Source: Alphaproteobacteria bacterium (GTDB taxonomy: Bacteria; Pseudomonadota; Alphaproteobacteria; GCA-2746255). Taken from it: 64,000 bases of DNA. The stretch is taken from positions 1,216,001-1,280,000 of the forward strand of contig OZ252220.1 in NCBI GenBank assembly GCA_965249135.1, written 5' to 3'. Of the stretch, positions 54,372 through 64,000 are shown one piece after another. Position 1 is the first letter of the stretch, and every line of letters starts with the position of its first letter. Both the position numbers and the translations under genes were made by a program. The notes under the pieces are model-generated. The model had not been told where the DNA came from and did not search any database. It saw only the letters and a list, made by a program, of their open reading frames with translations.

Positions 54372-55610
54372 TCAACCCAAAAGTTCCTTCGCCTTCTCAA
54401 GGCAAGCCTCGCGCGAGGCTTGGAAATCGCCTTCGATCCACCAGTCCTCGAGGCTCTCCAGCAGCACCCCCATCTCGGGCCCTGCGGGAACGCCGAGCGC
54501 CTGGAGGTCCTTCCCCTTCACCGGAAATTCGACCGGTTGCCAGCTTCTCGCCTCGGCAAGGGCGGCCCGGGCTGGTTCGGAAAATCCCTCACCTGCCCGC
54601 GCCCAATGGAGGAGAGCCTGATCCACGACGCGCTCGGCGCCAAACCCATAAAGGGCGCGGCGCACGCCCTTGGCGTCCTCGAGGTCCGCCATGCCAATGG
54701 GAGACGTGACAAGCGTCATGAGACGGCGTTTCTCGACATTCGAAAGTTTGAGGTGCGCCGCAACTTCGCCCACCGCGTCGGCGTCTTCGCGATCCACAGC
54801 CAGCAAGATGGCGAGCCTGCGGATCGGATGGCCGCCAAGGGTTTCCTTCTCAATCGCCACGAGGGCGGCAAGGGCATCGACGTTCGTCGCCTCCGGAAGC
54901 AGGTGGACGAGCACGCCTTCCTTGATCATGAGCCGAACGACGTCGGCCGCCGCATTCGAGGCAAGCAGGCGCAGCATCTCGGCGCGCACCCGCTCGCCGG
55001 AAAGGTTCGGTAAAAGCGGTGCCAGCTCCCGGCAGGCATCAAGGGCGTCCGGATCCGGGCCTGCGATTCCATACTCCGCATAGAAGCGGAAGAAGCGAAG
55101 CAGGCGAAGGACGTCTTCTTCGATTCGCTCCTTGGCGTTGCTGACGAATCGCACGCGGCCCGCAAACAAATCCGCGACCCCATCGAAGGGGTCATAGAGC
55201 GTGCCGTCCGCATCGCAGAAGACGGCGTTCATCGTGAAGTCGCGCCGCGCCGCGTCTTCCTGCCAGTCATCGATATAGGCGACCTTTGCGTGCCGCCCGT
55301 CGGTTTCGACGTCGCGGCGGAGCGTCGTGATCTCGAACGGCTTGTGATTGACGACCGCCGTCACCGTCCCATGGGCGATGCCAGTTGGCACCGTGTGGAT
55401 GCCGGCTTGCTTGAGAAGTTCGAGCGCGCTTTCCGGCGGCTCGGTCGTCGCGATGTCGACGTCGCGGACCTCGCGTTTCAGAAGCGCATCGCGCACGCAG
55501 CCGCCCACGAAACGGGCAAGCGCGCCGTTTGTTGTCAACGCCTTCAACACGGTTTGCGTTTCCGGCGCCGTCATCCAGGGCTGGGTTTCCATTTTCCCGG
55601 ACGGCTGCAA
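54372..55610 (-). CDS. CCA tRNA nucleotidyltransferase
   Basis: VGGCVRD, DVDIAT, TLRRD, RRDFTMNA, EDVLRLLR. Confidence 0.93.
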   Translation of the reverse strand: MQPSGKMETQPWMTAPETQTVLKALTTNGALARFVGGCVRDALLKREVRDVDIATTEPPESALELLKQAGIHTVPTGIAHGTVTAVVNHKPFEITTLRRDVETDGRHAKVAYIDDWQEDAARRDFTMNAVFCDADGTLYDPFDGVADLFAGRVRFVSNAKERIEEDVLRLLRFFRFYAEYGIAGPDPDALDACRELAPLLPNLSGERVRAEMLRLLASNAAADVVRLMIKEGVLVHLLPEATNVDALAALVAIEKETLGGHPIRRLAILLAVDREDADAVGEVAAHLKLSNVEKRRLMTLVTSPIGMADLEDAKGVRRALYGFGAERVVDQALLHWARAGEGFSEPARAALAEARSWQPVEFPVKGKDLQALGVPAGPEMGVLLESLEDWWIEGDFQASREACLEKAKELLG

Positions 55611-55625
55611 CCTAGGGCCCCCGCC

Positions 55626-56225
55626 TCAATCGCGGAGGGCTTCGCAGAGATTCCTCAGCATCCCCGCCGTCGCCCCCCAGATGTACCGATCTTCATAAGG
55701 AATCGCATAGTAGTAGGCGGTTCGGCCACCGTATAGGCGTTCGTGACGAACGTAGTTGGCAGGCTCGAGAAAGTGGCTAAGCGGCACTTCGAAGACGTCG
55801 GCGACTTCGAAGCGGTCGGGTTCAAGGGGAAAGGGCGGCGCCAGGAGGCCCACGACCGGGACCACCTCGAAGCCGGTGCGGGTGATGTAGGTATCGAGGC
55901 GGCCGATGAGTTCGATGGAGGCGTCGGGAATCCCGAGTTCCTCTTCCGTCTCGCGAAGAGCGCCCGCCTCCGGATCGCGATCGGCGCTCTCCAGCCGGCC
56001 GCCGGGAAAACTGATCTGGCCGGCATGATCGTTCAGATGATCCGTGCGCTGGGTCAAGAGGACCGTCATGCCGTCTTCGCGATCGACGAGCGGCACCAGC
56101 ACGGCGGCCGGCGTCCAGGGCGCCGGCGGGGCGAGATGCGGCGACAGCACATGGTCGCCGCGTAAGGAGTCGCGATCCGTCTTCGGCCGGTAGGCGGAAA
56201 GCTGGGTGGTGACGCGATCGCACAT
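55626..56225 (-). CDS. CoA pyrophosphatase (Nudix, NudL-like)
   Basis: AAVLVPL, LLTQR, HAGQISFPGG, ALRETEEELG, IWGATA; TAATG coupling to the upstream gene. Confidence 0.93.
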   Translation of the reverse strand: MCDRVTTQLSAYRPKTDRDSLRGDHVLSPHLAPPAPWTPAAVLVPLVDREDGMTVLLTQRTDHLNDHAGQISFPGGRLESADRDPEAGALRETEEELGIPDASIELIGRLDTYITRTGFEVVPVVGLLAPPFPLEPDRFEVADVFEVPLSHFLEPANYVRHERLYGGRTAYYYAIPYEDRYIWGATAGMLRNLCEALRD

Positions 56226-56788
56226 TATTTCGGCCCGTGAAGGGGGCTCAAGGGAAAGAAGACATCCTTGCTCCATACGCCAAGCACCGCCTTCGCTCCG
56301 GTGCCCACTTCAACCCCAAGCGCCACGAGTTCGTAATAGACGGCGCGCATAATCAGCGCCTCCAGCCGGTCCCGCACCACAAGGTAGGGTCTGGGTTCAC
56401 AGGTTTTTGGGTCCTCCACCACGCGCAGCGGGTGGTCGGGCCCCGCCTCGATCCATTCGTCCACGTTCGTACGCAAGCGCAGCACCTGATGGCGGCCGAT
56501 GCCGGAGACGGCAAGCTCGACCGCCGTGAAGGGGGCATCTTCGACCTCCACCCGTCCCTTCTCGACCGGCGTTTCGAGCCAGTAGTCGCCTTGGCTGTCC
56601 CGTTTGAGCACGGTCGAGAAAAGGCGGACCAGGGATTGGCGCGCGATCGGCGAGCCCTCGTAATACCAGGTGCCATCTCGCGCGATGCGGATCCCGAACT
56701 CGCCACAGTCGTGGGGCTCTCGCTTCGCTCTCGCGTTGGCCGAGCCCGCGTTCCGTTCGGCTGCCATGGCTTGCGGTTGGTCGTTCAT
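56225..56788 (-). CDS. DUF1285 family protein
   Basis: IRIARDGTWYYEGSPI, TPVEK, VEDAPF, RTNV, PRPY. Confidence 0.9.
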   Translation of the reverse strand: MNDQPQAMAAERNAGSANARAKREPHDCGEFGIRIARDGTWYYEGSPIARQSLVRLFSTVLKRDSQGDYWLETPVEKGRVEVEDAPFTAVELAVSGIGRHQVLRLRTNVDEWIEAGPDHPLRVVEDPKTCEPRPYLVVRDRLEALIMRAVYYELVALGVEVGTGAKAVLGVWSKDVFFPLSPLHGPK

Positions 56789-56909
56789 CAAGGCTCTTCC
56801 AGGATGCCAAGGTCCGGCTTGTTTTCAAGGCCTGGGACTATACTTCGGTCAGGTTACGCCCTTATAACGTAAGTCTTCCAAAAACAAAGACGAGCGGAAA
56901 GATCGGGGA

Positions 56910-58289
56910 ATGGGAGCGGGCAGCCTTCAGGAAGCAGACGCCTCGCCGCCTCGCGCGTACGTGCGAACACTGCCCAAAAGCCGCGATCTGCTTCGGCTCC
57001 ATGCGCTCAGGCCCGAACGCTACCCCTTTCTTCTGGAAAGCGTCACCCGGGGCACCCCCCGGGCACGCTATGACATTCTCTTTGCCTTTCCCGAGGCGAG
57101 CGTAAGCCTCACGGCAAGCGAAAGTCCCGAAGGCGGCTTCCTTGACGCCCTCGATCGCCGGTGGCAAGCGGCCTGCGTGCGCGATGCAGCATCTTCGCTT
57201 CCCTTCACAGGCGGCTGGTTTCTTTACCTGGGTTACGAGTTGGCCGGCGAGATCGAGCCCACCCTTCGCCTGCCGGCCGCCAAGGACGGCTTTCCGATTG
57301 CGCTGGCGACGCGCATCCCGGCCGCCATCGTCCGCGACAATGAGCGAAACGAAACCCATCTCGTGGCGGAAGCCGGAAGGGCGGAATTGCTCGATGCGCT
57401 TAAAGATGATTTTGAGGAAGCCGCCGCCATCCAACCCCCGCCCGGCCGCGATGGTCCCGTGCTAGCAGCACCCCTTTATGAGGCGAGCGCCGAGCGTTAC
57501 CTCGACGGTGTCAAACGGGTGCAAGACTACATCGCGGCGGGCGACGTCTTTCAGGTGAACCTGTCGCGCCTTTGGGAAGGGGACTTAAAGGATGACCTCA
57601 CCCACGCCGAGATTTACGCGCGCCTTCGCAAACGGAATCCGGCCCCCTTCGCCGGCCTCGTGACATTTGGAGAACGCGCGATCTTAAACTCTTCGCCGGA
57701 GCGCCTCGTCGAGCGCCGGGGTGCGCTTGTGCAGACCCGCCCCATCGCCGGCACGCGGCCCCGGGGCACGGATGCCTCGAGCGACCGCGGGTATGCGCAA
57801 AAGCTGCTGGCGCATCCGAAGGAGAGAGCCGAACACATCATGCTGATCGATCTCGAACGGAACGATCTGGGCCGGGTGGCGCGACCGGGAAGCATCGCGG
57901 TCGATGAATTCATGGGAATCGAATCTTACGCCCACGTCCACCACATCGTCTCGAACGTGCGGGGCGAGGTGGGGGCGGAAACGACCCCCGGCGAGATCAT
58001 CCGCGCCTTCTTCCCGGGCGGCACGATCACGGGATGCCCGAAGGTGCGCTGCATGGAAATCATCGCCGAGCTGGAAGGGATCGGCCGCGGACCCTATACG
58101 GGCGCCATCGGCTATCTCAACCGAAACGGCGACATGGACCTGAACATCCTGATCCGTTCGATCCTTCGCGAAGAAAACCGGGTTTCCATCCGCACGGGTG
58201 CGGGCATCGTCGCCGATTCGGTGCCGGCGCGCGAGCTCGAAGAAACCCGCGACAAGGCCCGCGGCATGATCCGCGCGTTAACCGGATGA
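56910..58289 (+). CDS. pabB: Aminodeoxychorismate synthase component I
   Basis: GDVFQVNL, SSPE, RPIAGT, KERAEHIMLIDLERNDLG, FPGGTITGCPK; followed by pabC. Confidence 0.85.
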   Translation: MGAGSLQEADASPPRAYVRTLPKSRDLLRLHALRPERYPFLLESVTRGTPRARYDILFAFPEASVSLTASESPEGGFLDALDRRWQAACVRDAASSLPFTGGWFLYLGYELAGEIEPTLRLPAAKDGFPIALATRIPAAIVRDNERNETHLVAEAGRAELLDALKDDFEEAAAIQPPPGRDGPVLAAPLYEASAERYLDGVKRVQDYIAAGDVFQVNLSRLWEGDLKDDLTHAEIYARLRKRNPAPFAGLVTFGERAILNSSPERLVERRGALVQTRPIAGTRPRGTDASSDRGYAQKLLAHPKERAEHIMLIDLERNDLGRVARPGSIAVDEFMGIESYAHVHHIVSNVRGEVGAETTPGEIIRAFFPGGTITGCPKVRCMEIIAELEGIGRGPYTGAIGYLNRNGDMDLNILIRSILREENRVSIRTGAGIVADSVPARELEETRDKARGMIRALTG

Positions 58290-59146
58290 CGAAAGCCATT
58301 CCAAACCTCTTGGTGAACGGGCTGCCGGCGGGCGCGATCCCGGCCGACGACCGGGGCCTTCGCTATGGCGACGGCGTCTTCGAGACGATTGCGGTTCGCG
58401 ATGGACAGCCGGAGTTTTGGGATCGTCATCTGCGAAGGCTCTATTTAGGCGCCGAGCGGCTCAAGATCGAAGCCCCGGCCGAGGCCACCCTGGTCAAGGA
58501 GGCGGCGCGCCTTTTAAAAGCGTCGCGCGACGGCGTGCTGCGCATCCGGCTCACGCGAGGCGGCGGCGGTGCAGGCTATCGGCCGGAGCCCGACCCGCGC
58601 CCGACCCGCATCCTCGAGCTCGATGCCTTTCCGGCGCATCCGAAAGATGCGCCCGCGCAAGGGGTTCGGGTCCGCCTGGCTCAGATGCGGCTTGGGCAAA
58701 ACCCCGCCCTTGCCGGCATCAAGCACTTGAACCGCCTTGAACAGGTGCTGGCGGCCCAGGAAGGAACGGAGCCTGAGATCGCCGAAGGGCTGATGCTGGA
58801 TCAAGACGGCTATCTGATCGAGGGCACGCGGACGAACGTCTTCTTCGTGAGTGATGGCGCGCTGGTGACGCCGGCGCTCACCACGGCAGGGGTGGCCGGC
58901 ATCCTGCGCGAGGTCGTGCTGGAAGAGGCCAAGCGCCTCGAGCACACGGTTGAAATCCGCCCCGTACGGCTGGCCGAGGCCACTCGCGCCCAAGAATGCT
59001 TCCTCACGAACAGCCTCATTCACCTTTGGCCGGTGCGTGAGTTCGAGGAAAGGACCTATACCATCGGCGCACGCACGCGCGAGCTTGCACGCAGCATCGA
59101 GGCGCGCGCGCGCGCCGAACGCGGCCTTAAGCAGCCGCCTTTGTGA
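58286..59146 (+). CDS. pabC: 4-amino-4-deoxychorismate lyase
   Basis: DRGLRYGDGVFET, GIKHLNRLEQVL, EGTRTNVF, GVAGILR, LTNS. Confidence 0.93.
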   Translation: MTKAIPNLLVNGLPAGAIPADDRGLRYGDGVFETIAVRDGQPEFWDRHLRRLYLGAERLKIEAPAEATLVKEAARLLKASRDGVLRIRLTRGGGGAGYRPEPDPRPTRILELDAFPAHPKDAPAQGVRVRLAQMRLGQNPALAGIKHLNRLEQVLAAQEGTEPEIAEGLMLDQDGYLIEGTRTNVFFVSDGALVTPALTTAGVAGILREVVLEEAKRLEHTVEIRPVRLAEATRAQECFLTNSLIHLWPVREFEERTYTIGARTRELARSIEARARAERGLKQPPL

Positions 59147-59224
59147 GACTTGCCGGGAAGCGAACGCCGACGCATGATGGGCGGAGGGGCAAGCAAGGCT
59201 CTTAAAAAATTGGGAGGATCACCG

Positions 59225-59677
59225 ATGAACACTCTCTTCATTCCGGCGCTTGGCGGGATTTACGAGAAGCTTTCCTGTCTCGCCTATCCCTTGATCCGGG
59301 TAACGACCGGGCTCTTCCTCATTCCCCACGGGGCGGGGAAGCTTTTCGGATGGTTCGGCGGCAATGCGGAAAAGACCGCCGAGTTCTTCAGCAAGATCGG
59401 CATTGAACCGGCCATGCCGATGGTGATCGCCGCCGGCGCCGTCGAATTCTTCGGAGGCATTCTCCTGGTGCTTGGTCTGTTGACGCGGCCGGCCGCAGCG
59501 GCCGTCTTCGTGTTGCTGGTCGTCGCCGTCGAGCGCGTACATCTCGCGAAGGGTTTCTTCGTTTACAATGGCGGTTACGAGCACGCCATGATGTGGGCGC
59601 TTCTTGCACTGGCGATTCTTTTCCGGGGTGGCGGCGCGTTTTCCGTCGACCGCAGCCTCATCGGCAAAGAATTCTAA
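59225..59677 (+). CDS. DoxX family membrane protein
   Basis: HGAGKLFGWFGG, EFFGG, GLLTRPAA, GGYE, GGGAFSVD; RBS GGAGG. Confidence 0.93.
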   Translation: MNTLFIPALGGIYEKLSCLAYPLIRVTTGLFLIPHGAGKLFGWFGGNAEKTAEFFSKIGIEPAMPMVIAAGAVEFFGGILLVLGLLTRPAAAAVFVLLVVAVERVHLAKGFFVYNGGYEHAMMWALLALAILFRGGGAFSVDRSLIGKEF

Positions 59678-59680
59678 GCG

Positions 59681-60478
59681 GTGGATCTTGGTCTTAAGGG
59701 CAAGTCCGTCATCGTCACGGGCGGCGGCTCCAACATCGGGCGCGCCATCACCTTGGGCTTCGCAAAGGAAGGCGCGAATCTGACGGTGGCCGACATCGAC
59801 GCTGGACAGGCGGAAAAGGTTGCGCTTGAGGCGCGCAAGCTTGGCGCCGGTGACGTTCAGGTGATCGAGACGGACGTCACGGATTTCGATGCCGTCGGCC
59901 GGATGGTGGCGGCGGTACGTGACAAATACGGCAGGGTCGACGTGCTGGTAAACAACGTCGGTTGGGACCGGCTGATGTTTTTCGCGCAGACGACGCCGGA
60001 GCTTTGGGAACGGATCATTCGGATCAACTTCGTCGGCGTCCTCAACTGCACGAAGCAGGTTCTCGACACCATGATCGAACAGAACGAAGGCGCGATCGTT
60101 TCCATCAGTTCCGACGCCAGCCGCCAGGGCGAGCCCACGGAGGCCGTCTATGGCGGCATGAAGGCGGCGGTGAACAGCTTCATGAAGACGATCGCCAAGG
60201 AGAACGGCCGCTTCGGCATCCGCTGCAACGTCGTCTGCCCCGGCATCACCGTGGCGGAGAAACCGGAAGAACTTGGCGAGAAGAGCATGTGGAAGACCGG
60301 CGACGTCGACTTCTCGGAGGGGCAATTGGAGAAGGTCGCCAAGACCCTGCCGCTGAAGAAGATCGGCCGGCCCGACGACATCGTCGGCGCCGTCCTATAC
60401 TTTGCCTCGAACACGGCCGCCGGCAACGCGACCGGTCAAATTTTGAGCGTCAGCGGCGGCTACAGCATGATCGGGTGA
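59681..60478 (+). CDS. SDR oxidoreductase, BadH (2-hydroxycyclohexanecarboxyl-CoA dehydrogenase)-like
   Basis: TGGGSNIG, NNVGWD, SSDA, YGGMK, NVVCPG; the BadH-like subfamily call is tentative. Confidence 0.85.
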   Translation: MDLGLKGKSVIVTGGGSNIGRAITLGFAKEGANLTVADIDAGQAEKVALEARKLGAGDVQVIETDVTDFDAVGRMVAAVRDKYGRVDVLVNNVGWDRLMFFAQTTPELWERIIRINFVGVLNCTKQVLDTMIEQNEGAIVSISSDASRQGEPTEAVYGGMKAAVNSFMKTIAKENGRFGIRCNVVCPGITVAEKPEELGEKSMWKTGDVDFSEGQLEKVAKTLPLKKIGRPDDIVGAVLYFASNTAAGNATGQILSVSGGYSMIG

Positions 60479-60667
60479 GGCGAGCCCCATCGAGGCAGGG
60501 CGCGGCGAAGGGCTGGCGAACGGGGCTTGAAGATCGAGGGGCCCCAAGGCCCGCCTTGAAACAAAATTTCGTGAGCCGGCTGGTTCTCATCTTTATGCAA
60601 ACCATATAAATATCTTGCTAGTATCCACGGTTACGCCGCCGAGATGGCGCGATGAGTGAGAAATAGG

Positions 60668-62542
<1,875 letters not shown>

Positions 62543-62543
62543 C

Positions 62544-63572
62544 ATGAACGTAACGACACCACTCGAGAAACTGACCGCGAAGGACTTCACGTCCGATCAG
62601 GAAGTGCGGTGGTGCCCGGGCTGCGGGGACTACGCGATTCTGAAGGTGATCCAGAAGACGATGCCGGAGCTTGAGCCGATGCGTGAAAACGTCGTCTTCG
62701 TTTCCGGCATCGGGTGCTCGTCGCGCTTCCCGTACTACATGAATACTTACGGCTTCCACACGATCCATGGCCGCGCGCCCGCCTTCGCGACGGGGGTGAA
62801 GCTGGCCAATCCGGAGCTAAGCGTGTGGGTCGTGACCGGCGATGGCGACGGGCTTTCGATCGGCGGCAACCATCTGCTGCATATCTTACGGCGGAACGTC
62901 GACGTTCAGATCCTGCTGTTCAACAACGAAATCTACGGACTGACGAAGGGGCAATATTCGCCAACCTCGCGGCTGGGGACGCGTTCGCCCTCGACGCCGA
63001 CGGGCTCGATCGACAATCCCCTGTCGCCGACGGAATTCGCCCTTGGCGCCGGCGCCCGTTTCGTCGCCCGGGGCGTCGACACCCAGCTGAAGCGCCTGCC
63101 GGACCTGTTCAAGCGGGCCCATGCCCACAAGGGCGCCTCCTTCATGGAGATCTTCCAGAACTGCATCGTCTACAACGACGCGGTGTTCAACGACTTCACC
63201 GAGAAGTCGGTCGCCGACGAGAAGCAGATCCATGTCGAACACGGAAAACCGCTTCTTTTCGGCAAGGAAGGGACCTCAGGCTTGCGCCTGAAGCCAGGCA
63301 GCCTCGAGCTTGAGATCGTGACGGTTGGAGAGAACGGCATCGCCGAAGGCGACCTTCTCGTCCATGACGAGACGAGCCGCCCCCTTGCCAATCTGCTGGC
63401 GGCCATGCAGCCCCCCGATTTCCCGATGGCCATCGGGGTCCTCTACTGCAATCCGTCCGAGCCCTACACGGACAAGATCCATGGGCAGATCGAGGGGGCG
63501 AAGGCGAAGGCGCCGCCCGGCGACCTCAATACGCTGCTTCGTTCCGGCCATACCTGGCAGGTCACCGACTGA
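62544..63572 (+). CDS. korB: 2-oxoacid:ferredoxin oxidoreductase beta subunit
   Basis: WCPGCGD, SGIGCSS, GDGD...NN TPP motif, YGLTKGQ. Confidence 0.94.
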   Translation: MNVTTPLEKLTAKDFTSDQEVRWCPGCGDYAILKVIQKTMPELEPMRENVVFVSGIGCSSRFPYYMNTYGFHTIHGRAPAFATGVKLANPELSVWVVTGDGDGLSIGGNHLLHILRRNVDVQILLFNNEIYGLTKGQYSPTSRLGTRSPSTPTGSIDNPLSPTEFALGAGARFVARGVDTQLKRLPDLFKRAHAHKGASFMEIFQNCIVYNDAVFNDFTEKSVADEKQIHVEHGKPLLFGKEGTSGLRLKPGSLELEIVTVGENGIAEGDLLVHDETSRPLANLLAAMQPPDFPMAIGVLYCNPSEPYTDKIHGQIEGAKAKAPPGDLNTLLRSGHTWQVTD

Positions 63573-63665
63573 CCCTTGGCACCGGCTGAGCCTTCGCACC
63601 GGCAAGGCAGCGCCTTAGCGAGTCGGCTTGACGGGCATTCTTCCTCCCTCCAGAGTGATTCCAAG

Positions 63666-64000
63666 ATGACGATCAGGGTGGCAATCATCGGGGCCGGACC
63701 GGCCGGCTTCTATACGGCCGAGGCGCTGACCAACCTGGACGCGGACACAGAGATCGACCTCATCGAATATCTGCCGGCCCCTTACGGGCTCATCCGGGCC
63801 GGCGTGGCGCCCGATCACCAGACGACGAAGAAGATCCAGAAAAGCTACGCGAAGACCGCGCTCAAACCGGAGGTCCGCTACTACGGCAACGTCAAGGTCG
63901 GCCGCGACGTGAGCCTCGACGCGTTGCGCGAAATCTACGACGCCGTCGTGCTGGCCATCGGGGCTCCGACCGACAACCCGGCCCGTTTGCCGGGCGCCGA
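63666..64000 (+). CDS. Ferredoxin/adrenodoxin-NADP+ reductase (FprA-like), partial; absent from ORF track
   Basis: Hand translation MTIRVAIIGAGPAGFYTAEAL...PYGLIRAGVAPDH...YYGNVKVGRDVSL...YDAVVLAIGA. Confidence 0.9.
   Translation, partial: MTIRVAIIGAGPAGFYTAEALTNLDADTEIDLIEYLPAPYGLIRAGVAPDHQTTKKIQKSYAKTALKPEVRYYGNVKVGRDVSLDALREIYDAVVLAIGAPTDNPARLPGA

Overview
GC-rich chromosomal core region of an alphaproteobacterium; gene order and content look Rhodospirillales-like, which is my inference. It is almost entirely housekeeping genes: rpoD-dnaG-yqeY with tRNA-Ile2(CAT), carAB-greA-lrp-trxB, msrP, uvrB, folB-uvrC-pgsA-mobB-moeA-moaD-moaE, ilvE, a MarR/OmpR/EnvZ cluster, phasin, proC, rfaD-lgt-midA-pgeF, prs-rplY-pth-ychF, mtnP-mtnA-aldolase (DHAP shunt), petABC, trmL-hemF, pabB-pabC and korAB plus an FNR-like reductase. 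I see no integrase, transposase, phage gene or CRISPR array. The most interesting unannotated signals are non-coding or tiny. (1) A ~300-nt minus-strand structured RNA candidate (~639-945) has four copies of GCG(C/U)UCC, an ECF-type promoter and a terminator overlapped by an alternative helix; it lies divergent from an ECF sigma/zinc anti-sigma pair and upstream of a Cys-cluster gene missing from the ORF track. (2) A CtrA box, DnaA boxes and an AT-rich segment cluster before uvrC. (3) Two 22-24-aa hydrophobic micro-ORFs precede secreted-protein genes. (4) 9-15-nt tandem micro-duplications, mostly 12 nt, recur across the window, including 8x15 nt inside rpoD. (5) Residue-level oddities: a G143A-equivalent in cytochrome b, an OYE lacking its canonical His/Tyr, and a YqgE/AlgH with a Tat-like signal. 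Many start sites were moved by eye from the ORF track. All family calls rest on motif recognition, not database searches.
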